Of a stretch of 49,164 bases of DNA, positions 26,319 through 39,570 are shown in pieces; the first letter of the stretch is position 1, and every line of letters starts with the position of its first letter. Both the position numbers and the translations under genes were made by a program. The stretch spans positions 1 to 49,164 of the forward strand of contig JAUCBJ010005964.1 in assembly GCA_032718475.1 (NCBI GenBank), written 5' to 3'. This DNA comes from Nemertoderma westbladi. Its lineage: Eukaryota; Animalia; Xenacoelomorpha. The notes beneath the pieces are model-generated. The model was given only the letters and a program-made list of their open reading frames with translations, ran no database searches and was not told the DNA's origin.

Positions 26319-26773
26319 CAAACCGGGGAGACATACTGTACTTTTGACCCGCAAAGCGGGGAGCGATTTCAAACCGGGGAGCTCCCCGGTTTGTAAGACG
26401 TCTATAATCATATTAAGGAGGTCAAATATAATCAGTATGACGTCATTTTTTATAAATATAATTTTATTTTATATCATCCCCGGTTTGTGTTTATGAAGCG
26501 AACTTGGTGTGTCTATGAATGTGGAGTGTATCGGAATTTATGGTCCCCGGTTTGTGTGAAAAATATCCGTGCTCCCCGCTTTGTAATATTCGCCGCTAGA
26601 TGTCGCAAAATCGTAGGTGAAAAATTATACGAAGCCAATAACGGAGTGTGACAGTCCCCGGTTTGCTACTATCCCGCCTAGCAGCCTAGTAAGAACTAAG
26701 TAGATTACCTGTACCTCTACATATGTCGCAAATTTCCATAAACCAATAATTGAGTGTGTCGCTCCCCGGTTTG
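26319..26773. repeat. Subterminal motif cluster: 9 copies of TCCCCG(G/C)TTTG, including the perfect 24-bp palindrome at 26370-26393
   Basis: Copies at 26319, 26352, 26370 (inverted) and 26383, 26477, 26544, 26573, 26655, 26763. Confidence 0.9.
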
Positions 26774-27362
26774 AAAATGTTGTGCCTTTATTTTGTTAGT
26801 AGAAATGCATGGCTAATTACATGTATTTTAATTAAACATATCAATATGTTCAAAAACTGTTCCAATATGTACGACGCTAATGAAAATCAACTCTAATAAA
26901 AAAATTTTCCTTCGTTTGCAGAGATGGTGTATACATATGTGCACTTTTCCTCATGTTGTATTTTTTATTCCAGCAAAATCATATCTTTAAAAGTGTCCTT
27001 AAATTTTGCATGTATGTATAAGGCCCAGGACGCATCGTGTGCCCTAGGGGTCTCATCATGTGAAAAAAAAAGTTTCCAGGGGAACTTGTTTTTGAAAAAA
27101 ATACGATATAATTGAAGTCAATAAAACCATAATAGATACAAACTTGCGGTTTCCCAACTCAAATAAAGGGTTAGGTGAGCACACTACTATGGTTAATTAG
27201 AAAATTCAGTTACATAAGACGCTGCAAAAATTTACGTTAATTACGCTAATCTAACGTTATAGACTATCTTGTCTTCGGTTAGGGAAAAAGTTTCAAAAAA
27301 ATAAATTTTCCAACCGTTTCATAACAGTTCAATAGCTAAATGTCCACAAAACATTAATCCTA

Positions 27363-27601
27363 AACGTAAAGCTGACGTTTAATTAAATTAAATGTTAATT
27401 AAGCAACTCCTGAAAGTTCATCTCATCCACGCCACGCCCTACATTTAGATCTAACCGGGAGTCGTTGCTCATATACTACTCTCCTTCCATATGATTAACT
27501 TTAATAATATGAATTCAGTTATGTTCCCCGCTTCGATAACGAAAATAAATGTCTGTGTCAACAAGCATTGTTTTGGGTTAACAAAACGATGTACTTTTTG
27601 T
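27363..27601. repeat. ~240-bp direct repeat DR1 flanking the 30-bp array
   Basis: aacgtaaagc...gatgtactttttgt repeated at 31322-31557. Confidence 0.93.
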
Positions 27602-30600
27602 AATCAGTACTACAAAATACGAACAACTGGTAATCCGTACTACAAAATACGAACAACTGGTAATCAGTACTACATAATACGAACAACTGGTAATCAGTAC
27701 TACAAAATACGAACAACTGGTAATCCGTACTACAAAATACGAACAACTGGTAATCAGTACTACAAAATACGAACAACTGGTAATCCGTACTACAAAATAC
27801 GAACAACTGGTAATCCGTACTACAAAATACGAACAACTGGTAATCAGTACTACATAATACGAACAACTGGTAATCAGTACTACAAAATACGAACAACTGG
27901 TAATCCGTACTACAAAATACGAACAACTGGTAATCAGTACTACATAATACGAACAACTGGTAATCAGTACTACAAAATACGAACAACTGGTAATCCGTAC
28001 TACAAAATACGAACAACTGGTAATCAGTACTACAAAATACGAACAACTGGTAATCCGTACTACATAATACGAACAACTGGTAATCAGTACTACATAATAC
28101 GAACAACTGGTAATCAGTACTACATAATACGGACAACTGGTAATCAGTACTACATAATACGAACAACAACTGGTAATTAGTACTACAAAATACGAACAAC
28201 TGGTAATCCGTACTACATAATACGAACAACTGGTAATCCGTACTACATAATACGAACAACTGGTAATCAGTACTACATAATACGAACACAACTGGTAATT
28301 AGTACTACAAAATACGAACAACTGGTAAACCGTACTACATAATACGAACGACTGGTAATCAGTACTACACAATACGAACGACTGGTAATCAGTACTACAA
28401 AATACGAACAACTGGTAATCAGTACTACAAAATACGAACAACTGGTAATCAGTACTACACAATACGAACGACTGGTAATCAGTACTACATAATACGAACG
28501 ACTGGTAATCAGTACTACATAATACGAACGACTGGTAATCAGTACTACATAATACGAACAACAACTGGTAATCCGTACTACATAATACGAACAACAACTG
28601 GTAATTAGTACTACAAAATACGAACAACTGGTAATCAGTACTACAAAATACGAACAATTGGTAATCAGTACTACATAATACGAACAACTGGTAATCCGTA
28701 CAACAAAATACGAACAACTGGTAATCCGTACTACATAATACGAACAACTGGTAATCCGTACTACATAATACGAACAACAACTGGTAATCAGTACTACATA
28801 ATACGAACAACTGGTAAACCGTACTACATAATACGAACAACTGGTAAACCGTACTACATAATACGAACAACAACTGGTAATCAGTACTACATAATACGAA
28901 CAACAACTGGTAATCAGTACTACATAATACGAACGACTGGTAATCAGTACTACATAATACGAACGACTGGTAATCAGTACTACAAAATACGAACAACTGG
29001 TAATCAGTACTACACAATACGAACGACTGGTAATCAGTACTACATAATACGAACGACTGGTAATCAGTACTACATAATACGAACAACTGGTAATCCGTAC
29101 TACATAATACGAACAACAACTGGTAATCCGTACTACATAATACGAACAACAACTGGTAATTAGTACTACATAATACGAACAACTGGTAATCAGTACTATA
29201 TAATACGAACAACTGGTAATCCGTACTACAAAATACGAACAACTGGTAATCAGTACTACAAAATACGAACAACTGGTAATCAGTACTACATAATACGAAC
29301 AACTGGTAATCCGTACTACATAATACGAACAACAACTGGTAATCCGTACTACATAATACGAACAACAACTGGTAATCCGTACTACATAATACGAACAACA
29401 ACTGGTAATCAGTACTACATAATACGAACAACTGGTAATCAGTACTATATAATACGAACAACTGGTAATCAGTACTACAAAATACGAACAACTGGTAATC
29501 AGTACTACAAAATACGAACAACTGGTAATCAGTACTACATAATACGAACAACTGGTAATCCGTACTACATAATACGAACAACAACTGGTAATCCGTACTA
29601 CATAATACGAACAACAACTGGTAATTAGTACTACAAAATACGAACAACTGGTAATCAGTACTACAAAATACGAACAACTGGTAATCAGTACTATATAATA
29701 CGAACAACTGGTAATCAGTACTACAAAATACGAACAACTGGTAATCAGTACTACAAAATACGAACAATTGGTAATCAGTACTACATAATACGAACAACAA
29801 CTGGTAATCCGTACTACATAATACGAACAACAACTGGTAATTAGTACTACAAAATACGAACAACTGGTAATCAGTACTACAAAATACGAACAATTGGTAA
29901 TCAGTACTACATAATACGAACAACTGGTAATCCGTACAACAAAATACGAACAACTGGTAATCCGTACTACATAATACGAACAACTGGTAATCCGTACTAC
30001 ATAATACGAACAACAACTGGTAATCAGTACTACATAATACGAACAACTGGTAAACCGTACTACATAATACGAACAACTGGTAAACCGTACTACATAATAC
30101 GAACAACAACTGGTAATCAGTACTACATAATACGAACAACAACTGGTAATCAGTACTACAAAATACGAACAACTGGTAATCCGTACTACATAATACGAAC
30201 AACTGGTAATCCGTACTACATAATACGAACAACAACTGGTAATCAGTACTACATAATACGAACAACTGGTAAACCGTACTACATAATACGAACAACTGGT
30301 AAACCGTACTACATAATACGAACAACAACTGGTAATCAGTACTACATAATACGAACAACAACTGGTAATCCGTACTACATAATACGAACAACTGGTAAAC
30401 CGTACTACATAATACGAACAACTGGTAAACCGTACTACATAATACGAACAACTGGTAAACCGTACTACATAATACGAACAACAACTGGTAATCAGTACTA
30501 CAAAATACGAACAACTGGTAAACCGTACTACATAATACGAACAACTGGTAAACCGTACTACATAATACGAACAACAACTGGTAATCAGTACTACATAATA

Positions 30601-31157
30601 CGAACAACAACTGGTAATCCGTACTACATAATACGAACAACAACTGGTAATCAGTACTACAAAATACGAACAACTGGTAAACCGTACTACATAATACGAA
30701 CAACTGGTAAACCGTACTACATAATACGAACAACTGGTAAACCGTACTACATAATACGAACAACTGGTAAACCGTACTACATAATACGAACAACTGGTAA
30801 ACCGTACTACATAATACGAACAACAACTGGTAATCAGTACTACAAAATACGAACAACTGGTAAACCGTACTACATAATACGAACAACTGGTAAACCGTAC
30901 TACATAATACGAACAACAACTGGTAATCAGTACTACATAATACGAACAACAACTGGTAATCCGTACTACATAATACGAACAACTGGTAAACCGTACTACA
31001 TAATACGAACAACTGGTAAACCGTACTACATAATACGAACAACTGGTAAACCGTACTACATAATACGAACAACAACTGGTAATCAGTACTACAAAATACG
31101 AACAACTGGTAATCCGTACTACATAATACGAACAACTGGTAATCAGTACTACATAAT
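27601..31157. repeat. 30/33-bp minisatellite (more than 110 units) in E1
   Basis: Unit taatc(a/c)gtactaca(a/t)aatacgaacaactgg with +aac and aaacc variants. Confidence 0.98.
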
Positions 31158-31321
31158 TTACTGTCTCTCGCCATAATAATGTATTATAATGCCTTATCTA
31201 TTCACAACTTAGTACATAGTTTCCTGCACAATACAAATACAATACAAATACAATACAAATAAAACATTTGTATATTAAAACAAAATACAACAAATATGCA
31301 CAGTAGTTACTACAAAATATG

Positions 31322-31557
31322 AACGTAAAGCAGACGTTTAATTTAATTAAATGTTAATTAAGCAACTCCTGAAAGTTCATCTCATCCACGCCACGCCCTA
31401 CATTTAGATCTAACCGGGAGTCGTTGCTCATATACTCTCCTTCCATATGATTATCTTTAATGATATGAATTCAGTTATGTTCCCCGCTTCGATAACGAAA
31501 ATAAATGTCTGTGTCAACAAGCATTGTTTTGGGTTAACAAAACGATGTACTTTTTGT
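31322..31557. repeat. ~240-bp direct repeat DR2, just downstream of the YR stop codon
   Basis: Matches 27363-27601. Confidence 0.93.
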
Positions 31558-32315
31558 CAGCTACTTGTGTTTTAGTTGTTTTTCACTGATAGCTCTTCTA
31601 AGATTTTCTTCCGATTGTTCCGATAATAGTCTTTGACATTTCGCCATGTTCTACCACTTAGCACGGGATTTTCAATTATTAACTTTTCCAGAGGATCTTT
31701 ACCTGGTAGCTTTTCAAGTAAAAGCATCTCCTGAATTCCATTAAGATTCGTCAAGGCCGTTGATTCCGCCATGGTCCAGGGTCTTTTTATTATTGGTTTG
31801 CGTACCGGTACTGAATAAAAAAAGATAGATGTGAATAAGTAACGTTATCAGTTTATCACGTTTAGGATACCATAAGCACAATAATATGATTATAATATTT
31901 AATGCCAAAATGTGCCATTTTTCTATTTAATTTCTAATAAGGTGCTTACAATGTAGCATTGTAACATGAATGAAATATTAATATTATGGAATTAAATAAG
32001 TATAACAGCAATTTATTGCACACTACTACTATTTATACAAACAAGCAGTACTCTTCTTGTTCTTGGCTAAAGTACAAGATGCTGAATTCTTTACAGCAAC
32101 AGTACAAATAAAGTTAATTTCCCATAGAGTAAAATAATTATTCATTAATATAATGTTACCGTTTCGATAAAAACAATGACGGTGAATTTCATTGAAAAAA
32201 GTTATGTTAATTGACATTATTTTCTATTATCAAAACGGGGAATTTTTAAAAAGAATAAGACATGAATACCTAAAATTTTCATGTTATTAATAAAAGTTCA
32301 GTTTTTAAGCACAAA

Positions 32316-32422
32316 ATAGTCGGCTGAAGCCTGAGGCTACCCGAAGGTAGGGGTGGACGCTACTCCTATCCTAAGAATTGCTCCCAGTTATTTAACTGGT
32401 ACTCATTTTATCGACCTCAGGG
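32316..32422 (-). mobile_element. SINE central-domain-like fragment in YR intron 2 (also at about 44050-44156)
   Basis: The minus strand reads gaggtcgataaaatgagtaccagttaaataactggg, which resembles the conserved core of Deu/Nin-type SINEs as I recall it. Confidence 0.45.
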
Positions 32423-32565
32423 CAGGGACTTGCATCGAATCGAATCGAAAGCAATTTTTCGTCTTCTATTTCCCATATATTTTTCGATTCGATTTCGATT
32501 CGATTCAGCACAATTTCGATTCGACTCAAGTAAAAAATTTCGACTTCGATTCGATTATTCGACCT
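32423..32565. repeat. (TTCGA)-rich MITE-end-like repeat in YR intron 2 (also at about 44157-44299)
   Basis: cagggacttgcatcgaatcgaatcgaa followed by many ttcga units. Confidence 0.55.
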
Positions 32566-33458
32566 ATGAATATTAACTTAATTATTTGTCATTAAATATA
32601 CATTATAAATTGTATTCTTAACCTGTATTTTCAAAATTCGATATGCCAATAGCTCTGCTCGTGGATGAAGTAGGGGATGGCCGACCAATACTCCTATGAT
32701 CATCAATCCCATCAACACCAATTTGAACAGCAGCAGCAACTTGATCATAACCTTCTATTTGAGTAACAGGTTCGACGTCAGAATCTGAATCTGAATTGTC
32801 CATAAGGTGGTCTATAAATGAAAAGAATGAAAATTATTGTAAAATGTAGGAATGGAAAGATAATACATAACCTAGAAATTGTAAGTTGAAATCCCATCTC
32901 GCCAAATTTAATTTTCTCCTTCATGTTAAATTATCAATTTAGGGATGCAGATTAAAGTCGCACGTTATTCCAACCAAAACAATAAACCCAATCAATAGAA
33001 CAGGTTACAGATTCATTGTTGGGAGTAATCAGCTGTTATTTGCTTCGATTTACCCCATTTTGATTGCGCTGGACCCCCCCCCCCCCCCCCCCCTCTTACC
33101 TACAGATAAGATACCTAGATAAATATTAAATAGACACACTCACCTATAGAATTATCATTCAGGATATCCTCCAGATTACGCCCTTTAAATTCAGCCAGGT
33201 TGCCCTTCTCCATTACCATGAACAGCTTGGATAACTTGGTTACCCTCTGGACTTTATCAGGTAAGCGGTAAAACTCTCGATGAACGCGTATGTCGTGGCC
33301 CATAAAACCTGCCAACAGCTCGAGGTCTTGTTCGCTAAGATTTAGCATAGCCACACTTGTGGCAATATGCTTACGTAACTTCGTAGATGTCATAGCCTTT
33401 GGATTTGTGAGGTTGACAACAGAAACAAGGCTGTGCAGAGCATCATATCCTCGGACGT

Positions 33459-34617
33459 ATCCTTCTTCAAGGCCTTTGATTCAGTCTCTCGCTCACGTAT
33501 GTTCAGCATACTTTCATTATATGGGATTCCTGATGAAATTATTGCAGCAATCAGATCAGTATACGATGGTTCGACAACATTTGTGTCTACTGTTGACGGT
33601 GACACAGAACCATTTGAAGTGTTATGGGGCGTCCTCCAAGGAGACACACTTGCACCATTCTTGTTCATTATTGTGGTTGACTATGTTCTACGCATGTCCT
33701 TAGATCATCATAATGATGATGGGGTGATGATAACTCCACCTACTGGCTCCAGAAGTCGAGGAAATCCTGCCAAGTACCTAACTGATCTAGACTTTGCTGA
33801 TGACTTAGGAGTACTCTCAGAATCATTAGAGGGAGCCCAGCGGCTCCTCAGCTCATTAGAACATGCTGCTTCTAGTGTTGGTCTTTTTATTAACTCCAGA
33901 AAGACCAAAATTCTGACAGTTAACTTTGAAAGTCCTCAGCAAGTCTCTGATCGGATGAGCATAAGCTCAAAGGATGGTATGCTTGAGCATGTGGACGACT
34001 TCTGTTACCTGGGATCATGGATCCGGAAGTCAGGTGAGGACCTTCGAATACGTAAGGGAAAGGCATGGGCAGCCTTGAATAGGCTTTCCAGGATTTGGAA
34101 GTCACCTAGAATTAATCGGAAACTTAAGGTCCGATTATTTAGAGCAGCAGTAGTTCCAGTACTCCTCTACGGGAGTCCATGCTGGGCTCTAACTGCTGAG
34201 GATACCAAATCTCTGGATGGCACATTCACAAGAATGCTACGCCGGGTACATTGTGTCAAGTACAATGCACACATCTCCAACCAGACACTATATAACATTG
34301 GAGGTGTCTCATTGGTTCCCCCAAGCTTGACACTAGAACAAAATCGCCTCCGCTTTGCAGGACATTGCTTTCGCCGTGAGGACCAGCCAGTGCATAATCT
34401 TGTACTTTGGCAGCCTCATGGAGTGAATAAGCATGGTGGACAGCCCATGACTTTCTTGAGACGCATCTTAAAGGACACTGGCCTTAAAGATGCGGATGAT
34501 CTAGCAAATGTCATGGGTGATAGGGAGTTGTGGCGGTGCAATTTTGTTGACAAGCCGGCACAGCATTCTTAAAAATGCAGCTGCAATGCAGCATGCCGAT
34601 CCTAGTAGTCCTAGTAG
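33459..34617 (+). mobile_element. 5'-truncated RTE-like LINE with open RT ORF, 13-bp TSD and (CTAGTAGT) tail
   Basis: FKAFDSV, GVLQGDTLAPFLF, DFADD, FCYLGS, VLLYG, RLRFAGH; stop at 34572; TSD tatcctcggacgt at 33446-33458 and 34618-34630; single empty site in copy 2 at 45178-45190. Confidence 0.95.
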
Positions 34618-36469
34618 TATCCTCGGACGTGGGAAACACTACCATAGTTCGCACGAGCAAAGAGATATTCATTCGTGCTATTAACGCCAACTTCCTCTCG
34701 ATACTTCAACAAACACTCGATAGCTCCGATGGTTTTACCATTTAAAAGAACTGGTACAGTACGACCACATTTACCAACAATCTCCATTACTTGAAAGAGT
34801 CGACACATGTTCTGTTCGAGAACACCCAAGTGGCTATTGTCATCTGACACCTCATTTACATGATGACGTTTACTAAAGTCATCAACCTTAATTTTCGATA
34901 CCTCTCCTTGTCTACGTCTGTTAAAGATAATTAAGTACGCAAGTACAAGCTCATTAAGGGATTGCCAACTTTGTTTAATTTGAATTTCCTTATCAATTAA
35001 TGACATATGTTCTGGAATCCTTTGCTGAATATATTCAGTTAGTTTAACAATGTCGCTGACTAATGGGAGCAATTGTGGCTTATTACGCTTGTTCTGTTGA
35101 ATGGTACGTAGTGCATGACCTGAGACTGACACTGGCCATCTTATGGTGCACAGTGATAGGAAGTTGTCCGCAGACTCCATAGTATCAGTATCATTTAGTT
35201 CAATTGAACTAGCCTTCAATAGTGTTGCACATTTCTTTACAGAGTGACCCTGCTTCAATGCCAGGGAAGGATGCTGAAAGGTGTTGGACGAAGAATCAAA
35301 ACCAGCCAACTTGTATACTGCATCCACTATAACTGTTAGTTTAGACGGGATGATGAAATCCTGCAACTTTGCCCTTGGAAAGTTCTCGCATTCTCTCAAT
35401 TGTATCAAGAGACGCCCAAGTTCACGCAACTTATCTCTGATATAACCTCTACGGTCGTAATCATGGCCATTCTTATGGCACTCCCTTTTAGCAAATTCCA
35501 ATATTAAGGCATCTGACCTTACAGCAAAAGAAACTGGGCCGTTGTTCATAGAAGATATAATCTCTTTCACCGTTTTGGATAGATCTGATGGACTTCCAAT
35601 ACAGGGTATGAGCAGTTTACTTTCATAGGACCACCTCCCTGTTCCTAGACAACCATGTCCAGACTCTTTACCTATATCACGCAATGGGCAACGATGGCGC
35701 CAAAGATCACCTTTTAAATACCACCCCATACAAACAGGGCATGGGCCATAGTTATCTACAGTATAACATTGGGATTCTGAAACGCTCTTACTATGTCGAT
35801 ATACAACCTGTAATGTGCCTTGGTTCTTTTCTAGAACTTCAATATTGTGTACATGAGCCCCAAGGTTACGAATCTTGCTCTGTAGAATATGTTTTTCAGC
35901 TAAAGAACCAGCTATCATGATGCGAATGACAAAATCTTCATTTGAATGCTTTCGTGTCAAATGGTTATGCAATTTTGACTGCGGCTGTTTACAATAAAAA
36001 CAGTATTGCTTTTTATCATAACTACGACCACCTTCATTATTAGTGTAGGGTATTTGAACACTTGATTCCTTATTCATTGAGTACTTAGCCTTCACTTTAG
36101 ATTTCGTTGAAATAGAGCATCCTACTCCGGGATTAATAATTTCTTCATTCTTATTGTACTCATCATCACAAGATTCTGATATCTCATCATCAGAAAGTAC
36201 CCAGTCTTTATCTCGACAATCATCACAGCCAAGGTCTTCTAATATATCAAGTGAAAATGGATCTGACTCTATTGCAGATGGTGAAATGGTTGTAAGTGGT
36301 CTCATACATAAGTCTGAAATGTTTTCATCTTGAAGATCTATTGATTCAAGTATCGCTATCGCTGATTCATCATCATCATTGGGCATGTAATCACTGAAGT
36401 AGTCATCGATGAGGTCGGTGACCTTCTTGGCAGGAGAACAAGTATTTAAATCAGAGGGAGCAATAGAGA

Positions 36470-37840
36470 TAACGGGGACATCAGTATCAGTAAGAGGGGG
36501 GATATAGACAGCAGTGGGGGCAACTACTGCGAGACTGACATCAGTCGGAGTAATTGGTGGGACATAGACAGCAGTAGGGGCAACTTGGGTGACAGAGACA
36601 TCTGTCGGAGCAACAGGGGGGACAGAGAAAGCAGTCGGAGGAACAGGGGGGACAGAGACAGCAGTGGGGTTTACAAGTAGGTTATCGACATCTGTCGGAG
36701 CAACAGGGGGGATAGAGACTGCGGTGGGGGCAACAAGTGGGACATTGATATCAGTTGGAGCAACAGGGGGAACAAAGACATCAGTCGGAGTAATTGGTGA
36801 GTCATAGACAGCAGTAGGGATAACTTGGGTGACAGAGACATCTGTCGGAGCAACAGGCGAGATAGAGAAAGCAGTCGGAGCAACAGGGGGGACAGAGGCA
36901 GCAGTGGGGGCTACAAGTGGGATATCGATATCTGCCGGAGCAACAGGGGGGACAGAGACATCAGTGGGGACAACAAGGGGGAACGGGACAGAAGTGCGGT
37001 CTACAAGTAGGTTATCGACATCTGTCGGAGCAACAGGGGAGATAGAGACTGCGGCGAGGGCAACAAGTGGGACATTGTTATCAGTCGGAGCAACAGGGGG
37101 AACAAAGACATCAGTCGGAGTAATTGGTGAGTCATAGACAGCAGTAGGGATAACTTGGGTGACAGAGACATCTGTCGGAGCAACAGGGGAGATAGAGAAA
37201 GCAGTCGGAGCAACAGGGGGAACAGAGACAGCAGTCGGAGCAACAGGAGGGACAGATACAGCATTCAGAGTAATTGGTGGGACATAGGCAGCAGTCGGAG
37301 TAATTGGTGGGACATAGACAGCAGTAGGGGTAACTTGGGTGACAGAGACATCTGTCGGAGCAACAGGGGAGATAGAGAAAGCAGTCGGAGCAACAGGGGG
37401 AACAGAGACAGCAGTCGGAGCAACAGGAGGGACAGATACAGCATTCAGAGTAATTGGTGGGACATAGGCAGCAGTCGGAGTAATTGGTGGGACATAGACA
37501 GCAGTAGGGGCAACTTGGGTGACAGAGACATCTGTCGGAGCAACAGGGGAGATAGAGACTGCGGTGGGGGCAACAAGTGGGACATTGTTATCAGTCGGAG
37601 CAACAGGGGGAACAAAGACATCAGTCGGAGTAATTGGTGGGACATAGACAGCAGTAGGGGCAACTTGGGTGACAGAGACATCTGTCGGAGCAACAGGGGA
37701 GATAGAGAAAGCAGTCGGAGCAACAGGGGGGACAGAGACAGCAGTGGGGGCTACAAGTGGGATATCGATATCTGCCGGAGCAACAGGGAGGACAGAGACA
37801 GCAGTGGGGGCAACAAGGGGGAACGGGACAGAAGTGGGGA
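36470..37840 (-). repeat. Coding 30-bp repeat (VPPVAPTAVS-type decapeptides) in the YR N-terminus, copy 1
   Basis: gacagagacagcagtcggagcaacaggggg-type units with higher-order blocks. Confidence 0.95.
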
Positions 37841-38065
37841 CAATATGGACTGCACTAACAAGTCTCTTTCTGAGTTGATATTGTTTTCGAATACCATCGT
37901 TACAGACGTTTTCTTTCCGAAATCTTTTTCTTATACCATCCATGTTTCTTACTGAGGGAAGGTGGCTAAATATCTCCAATCATCATTTACGTTGTAGTTT
38001 ACGAATAACTCTATCAAAACTAGTTCTACTAATAACTCTATAAGGTAAAACAAACTTGGTACGTA

Positions 38066-38256
38066 CGGGTTGGCATACAATCTTCGCCCGGGGAACCTTC
38101 GCCCGCAAGGCAATCTTCGCCAGTGAGCAACCTTCGCCCAATAAGATTTGTGTTAGTTGCCATTTAAGGTTTCCACCGGGCGAATAGTTGCTCATTTTGA
38201 GGGCGAAGATTGGACGAGGACGAAGCTTTCTCGCCGGTGAAGTTTGCTACGCACCG
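38066..38256. mobile_element. Small MITE with CGG...CCG ends, TA flanks and TTCGCC subrepeats
   Basis: ta|cgggttggcatacaatcttcgccc ... ggtgaagtttgctacgcaccg|ta; ttcgcc repeats on the left, ggcgaa repeats on the right. Confidence 0.65.
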
Positions 38257-39288
38257 TACATACACAGTCTCGTGCTGCGCGTACATTTAATTTAGTTATT
38301 AGATATTCATTTAAGTTATTAGAGTTTCGTTTCAGAGAACAATTATTCTTTTGTAAATTGTTTGAAAACGAAAGTTCATAAATCAGTATTTAGCATTTAA
38401 ATTTTCAAGTCAGAAATATACAAATTTTTAGGCTATTATAATTTTCAGTGTCTGTAAATATAATGAAACATACCCTAAATTCGCTCTCTGTACAAAAGTG
38501 TGCGATTAAACAATTAAATTAGTCCCCCCATGACCTACTATAACTTATAGTATGTCACCCCCTCCCATTTAGAAGACCGCCAGTAGGCCTATACTTTTCA
38601 ATAAATTGAATGTGAGTCAAACATATAGATTTCCAAAACAATACACTACAGCCATGGGAACATGTTACAGTTTCATATTTGTCGTTATCAGCAGTGGTTG
38701 TCGGAGTAGCGTATACAATATTTATACATCCACCAAGTACATGACTACTAATAGAGTTAATAGATAAATTTATCTCCATTTCAGGGGGTTCTTTGGGTTT
38801 CAGTGTGAAATTTATTTTGTAATTATTTATTTATTATAGTATTTATTAAATAATATAATGCAATCTGAAATATGAATACAATTCTATGTATGTTACCGGA
38901 GTTACCCAATACAGTAATAATGAAATTATGCCTAAATTTATCTAAGACAAATTTAATAAATCTTCCATCCCCGCTTTGATAATAAATTACGAAACTCTCA
39001 GACACACACAATCAATAAAGAAGGATGATCGCATACATAAGTATCACCCATCATTGTTTGTACTAGACTAAATATATGCCTCACAATCTTGTTGTAATTG
39101 TATTGGCTAATAGTGCTTTTCTACGAGACGGGGTGGCCAGTATTCTAGTAGGTTATGTCCTATTATTATTGTACCTAAACAACTAAGCCAGATACATTGG
39201 GCCTATAGTTTCCATAACAACTGCTAACAAGCCCCATTTTGTAAAAAACAAACGAACACCTCTAACACTTTTCAAGTACATAGGTGTG

Positions 39289-39502
39289 TCCCCGGTTTGC
39301 TAAGTGTGTCCCCGGTGTGCATGGTAGAAACGGGACATTAAATTTCTATTTTCAGTTAATTAATAGGTGCATTAAAGATAGATAATTTTCCGCTGATTAC
39401 GAATTTGCACCTGTCGTTAAAATTCCTTAATGACCAAATGAATTACAAGCGTTTCCTTTTGGTCCCCAGTTTGTTGTTACGAAATTTGGCCTCCCCGGTT
39501 TC
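39289..39502. repeat. Four TCCCCGGTTT-like motifs at the putative other end of E1
   Basis: Copies at 39289, 39309, 39463, 39492. Confidence 0.85.
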
Positions 39503-39514
39503 CATAATAAACAC

Positions 39515-39523
39515 GTAGGGGTG

Positions 39524-39570
<47 letters not shown>

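Larger units (their letters stand above)
31572..37943 (-). pseudogene. Tyrosine recombinase gene copy 1 (exons 37943-33144, 32811-32623, 31810-31572), exon 1 interrupted by a LINE
   Basis: Same protein as copy 2; the LINE separates NRRRQGEV/GKCGR from TKLRK/MGH/FYRL. Confidence 0.88.
26305..39514 (-). mobile_element. Crypton-like tyrosine-recombinase DNA element, copy E1 (LINE-disrupted)
   Basis: Lies between two (TG)n tracts; 26305-38635 is collinear with 39576-49098; encodes a YR gene; TCCCCGGTTTG motif clusters at both putative ends. Confidence 0.75.

Noticed and set aside
27491-28180. 229-aa TTGNQYYKIR ORF
   Set aside because: Incidental open frame of the satellite; the equivalent ATG frame in E2 does not run into the array
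27601-31157. 30-bp repeats as a CRISPR array (also the 62-, 52- and 107-bp arrays)
   Set aside because: Units are contiguous with no unique spacers, there are no cas genes, and the context is eukaryotic
36589-37955. Plus-strand and alternative-frame ORFs (GATGGTET, RSNRGDRD, LLLRQMSL), also 47052-48407
   Set aside because: Shadow frames of the coding 30-bp repeat
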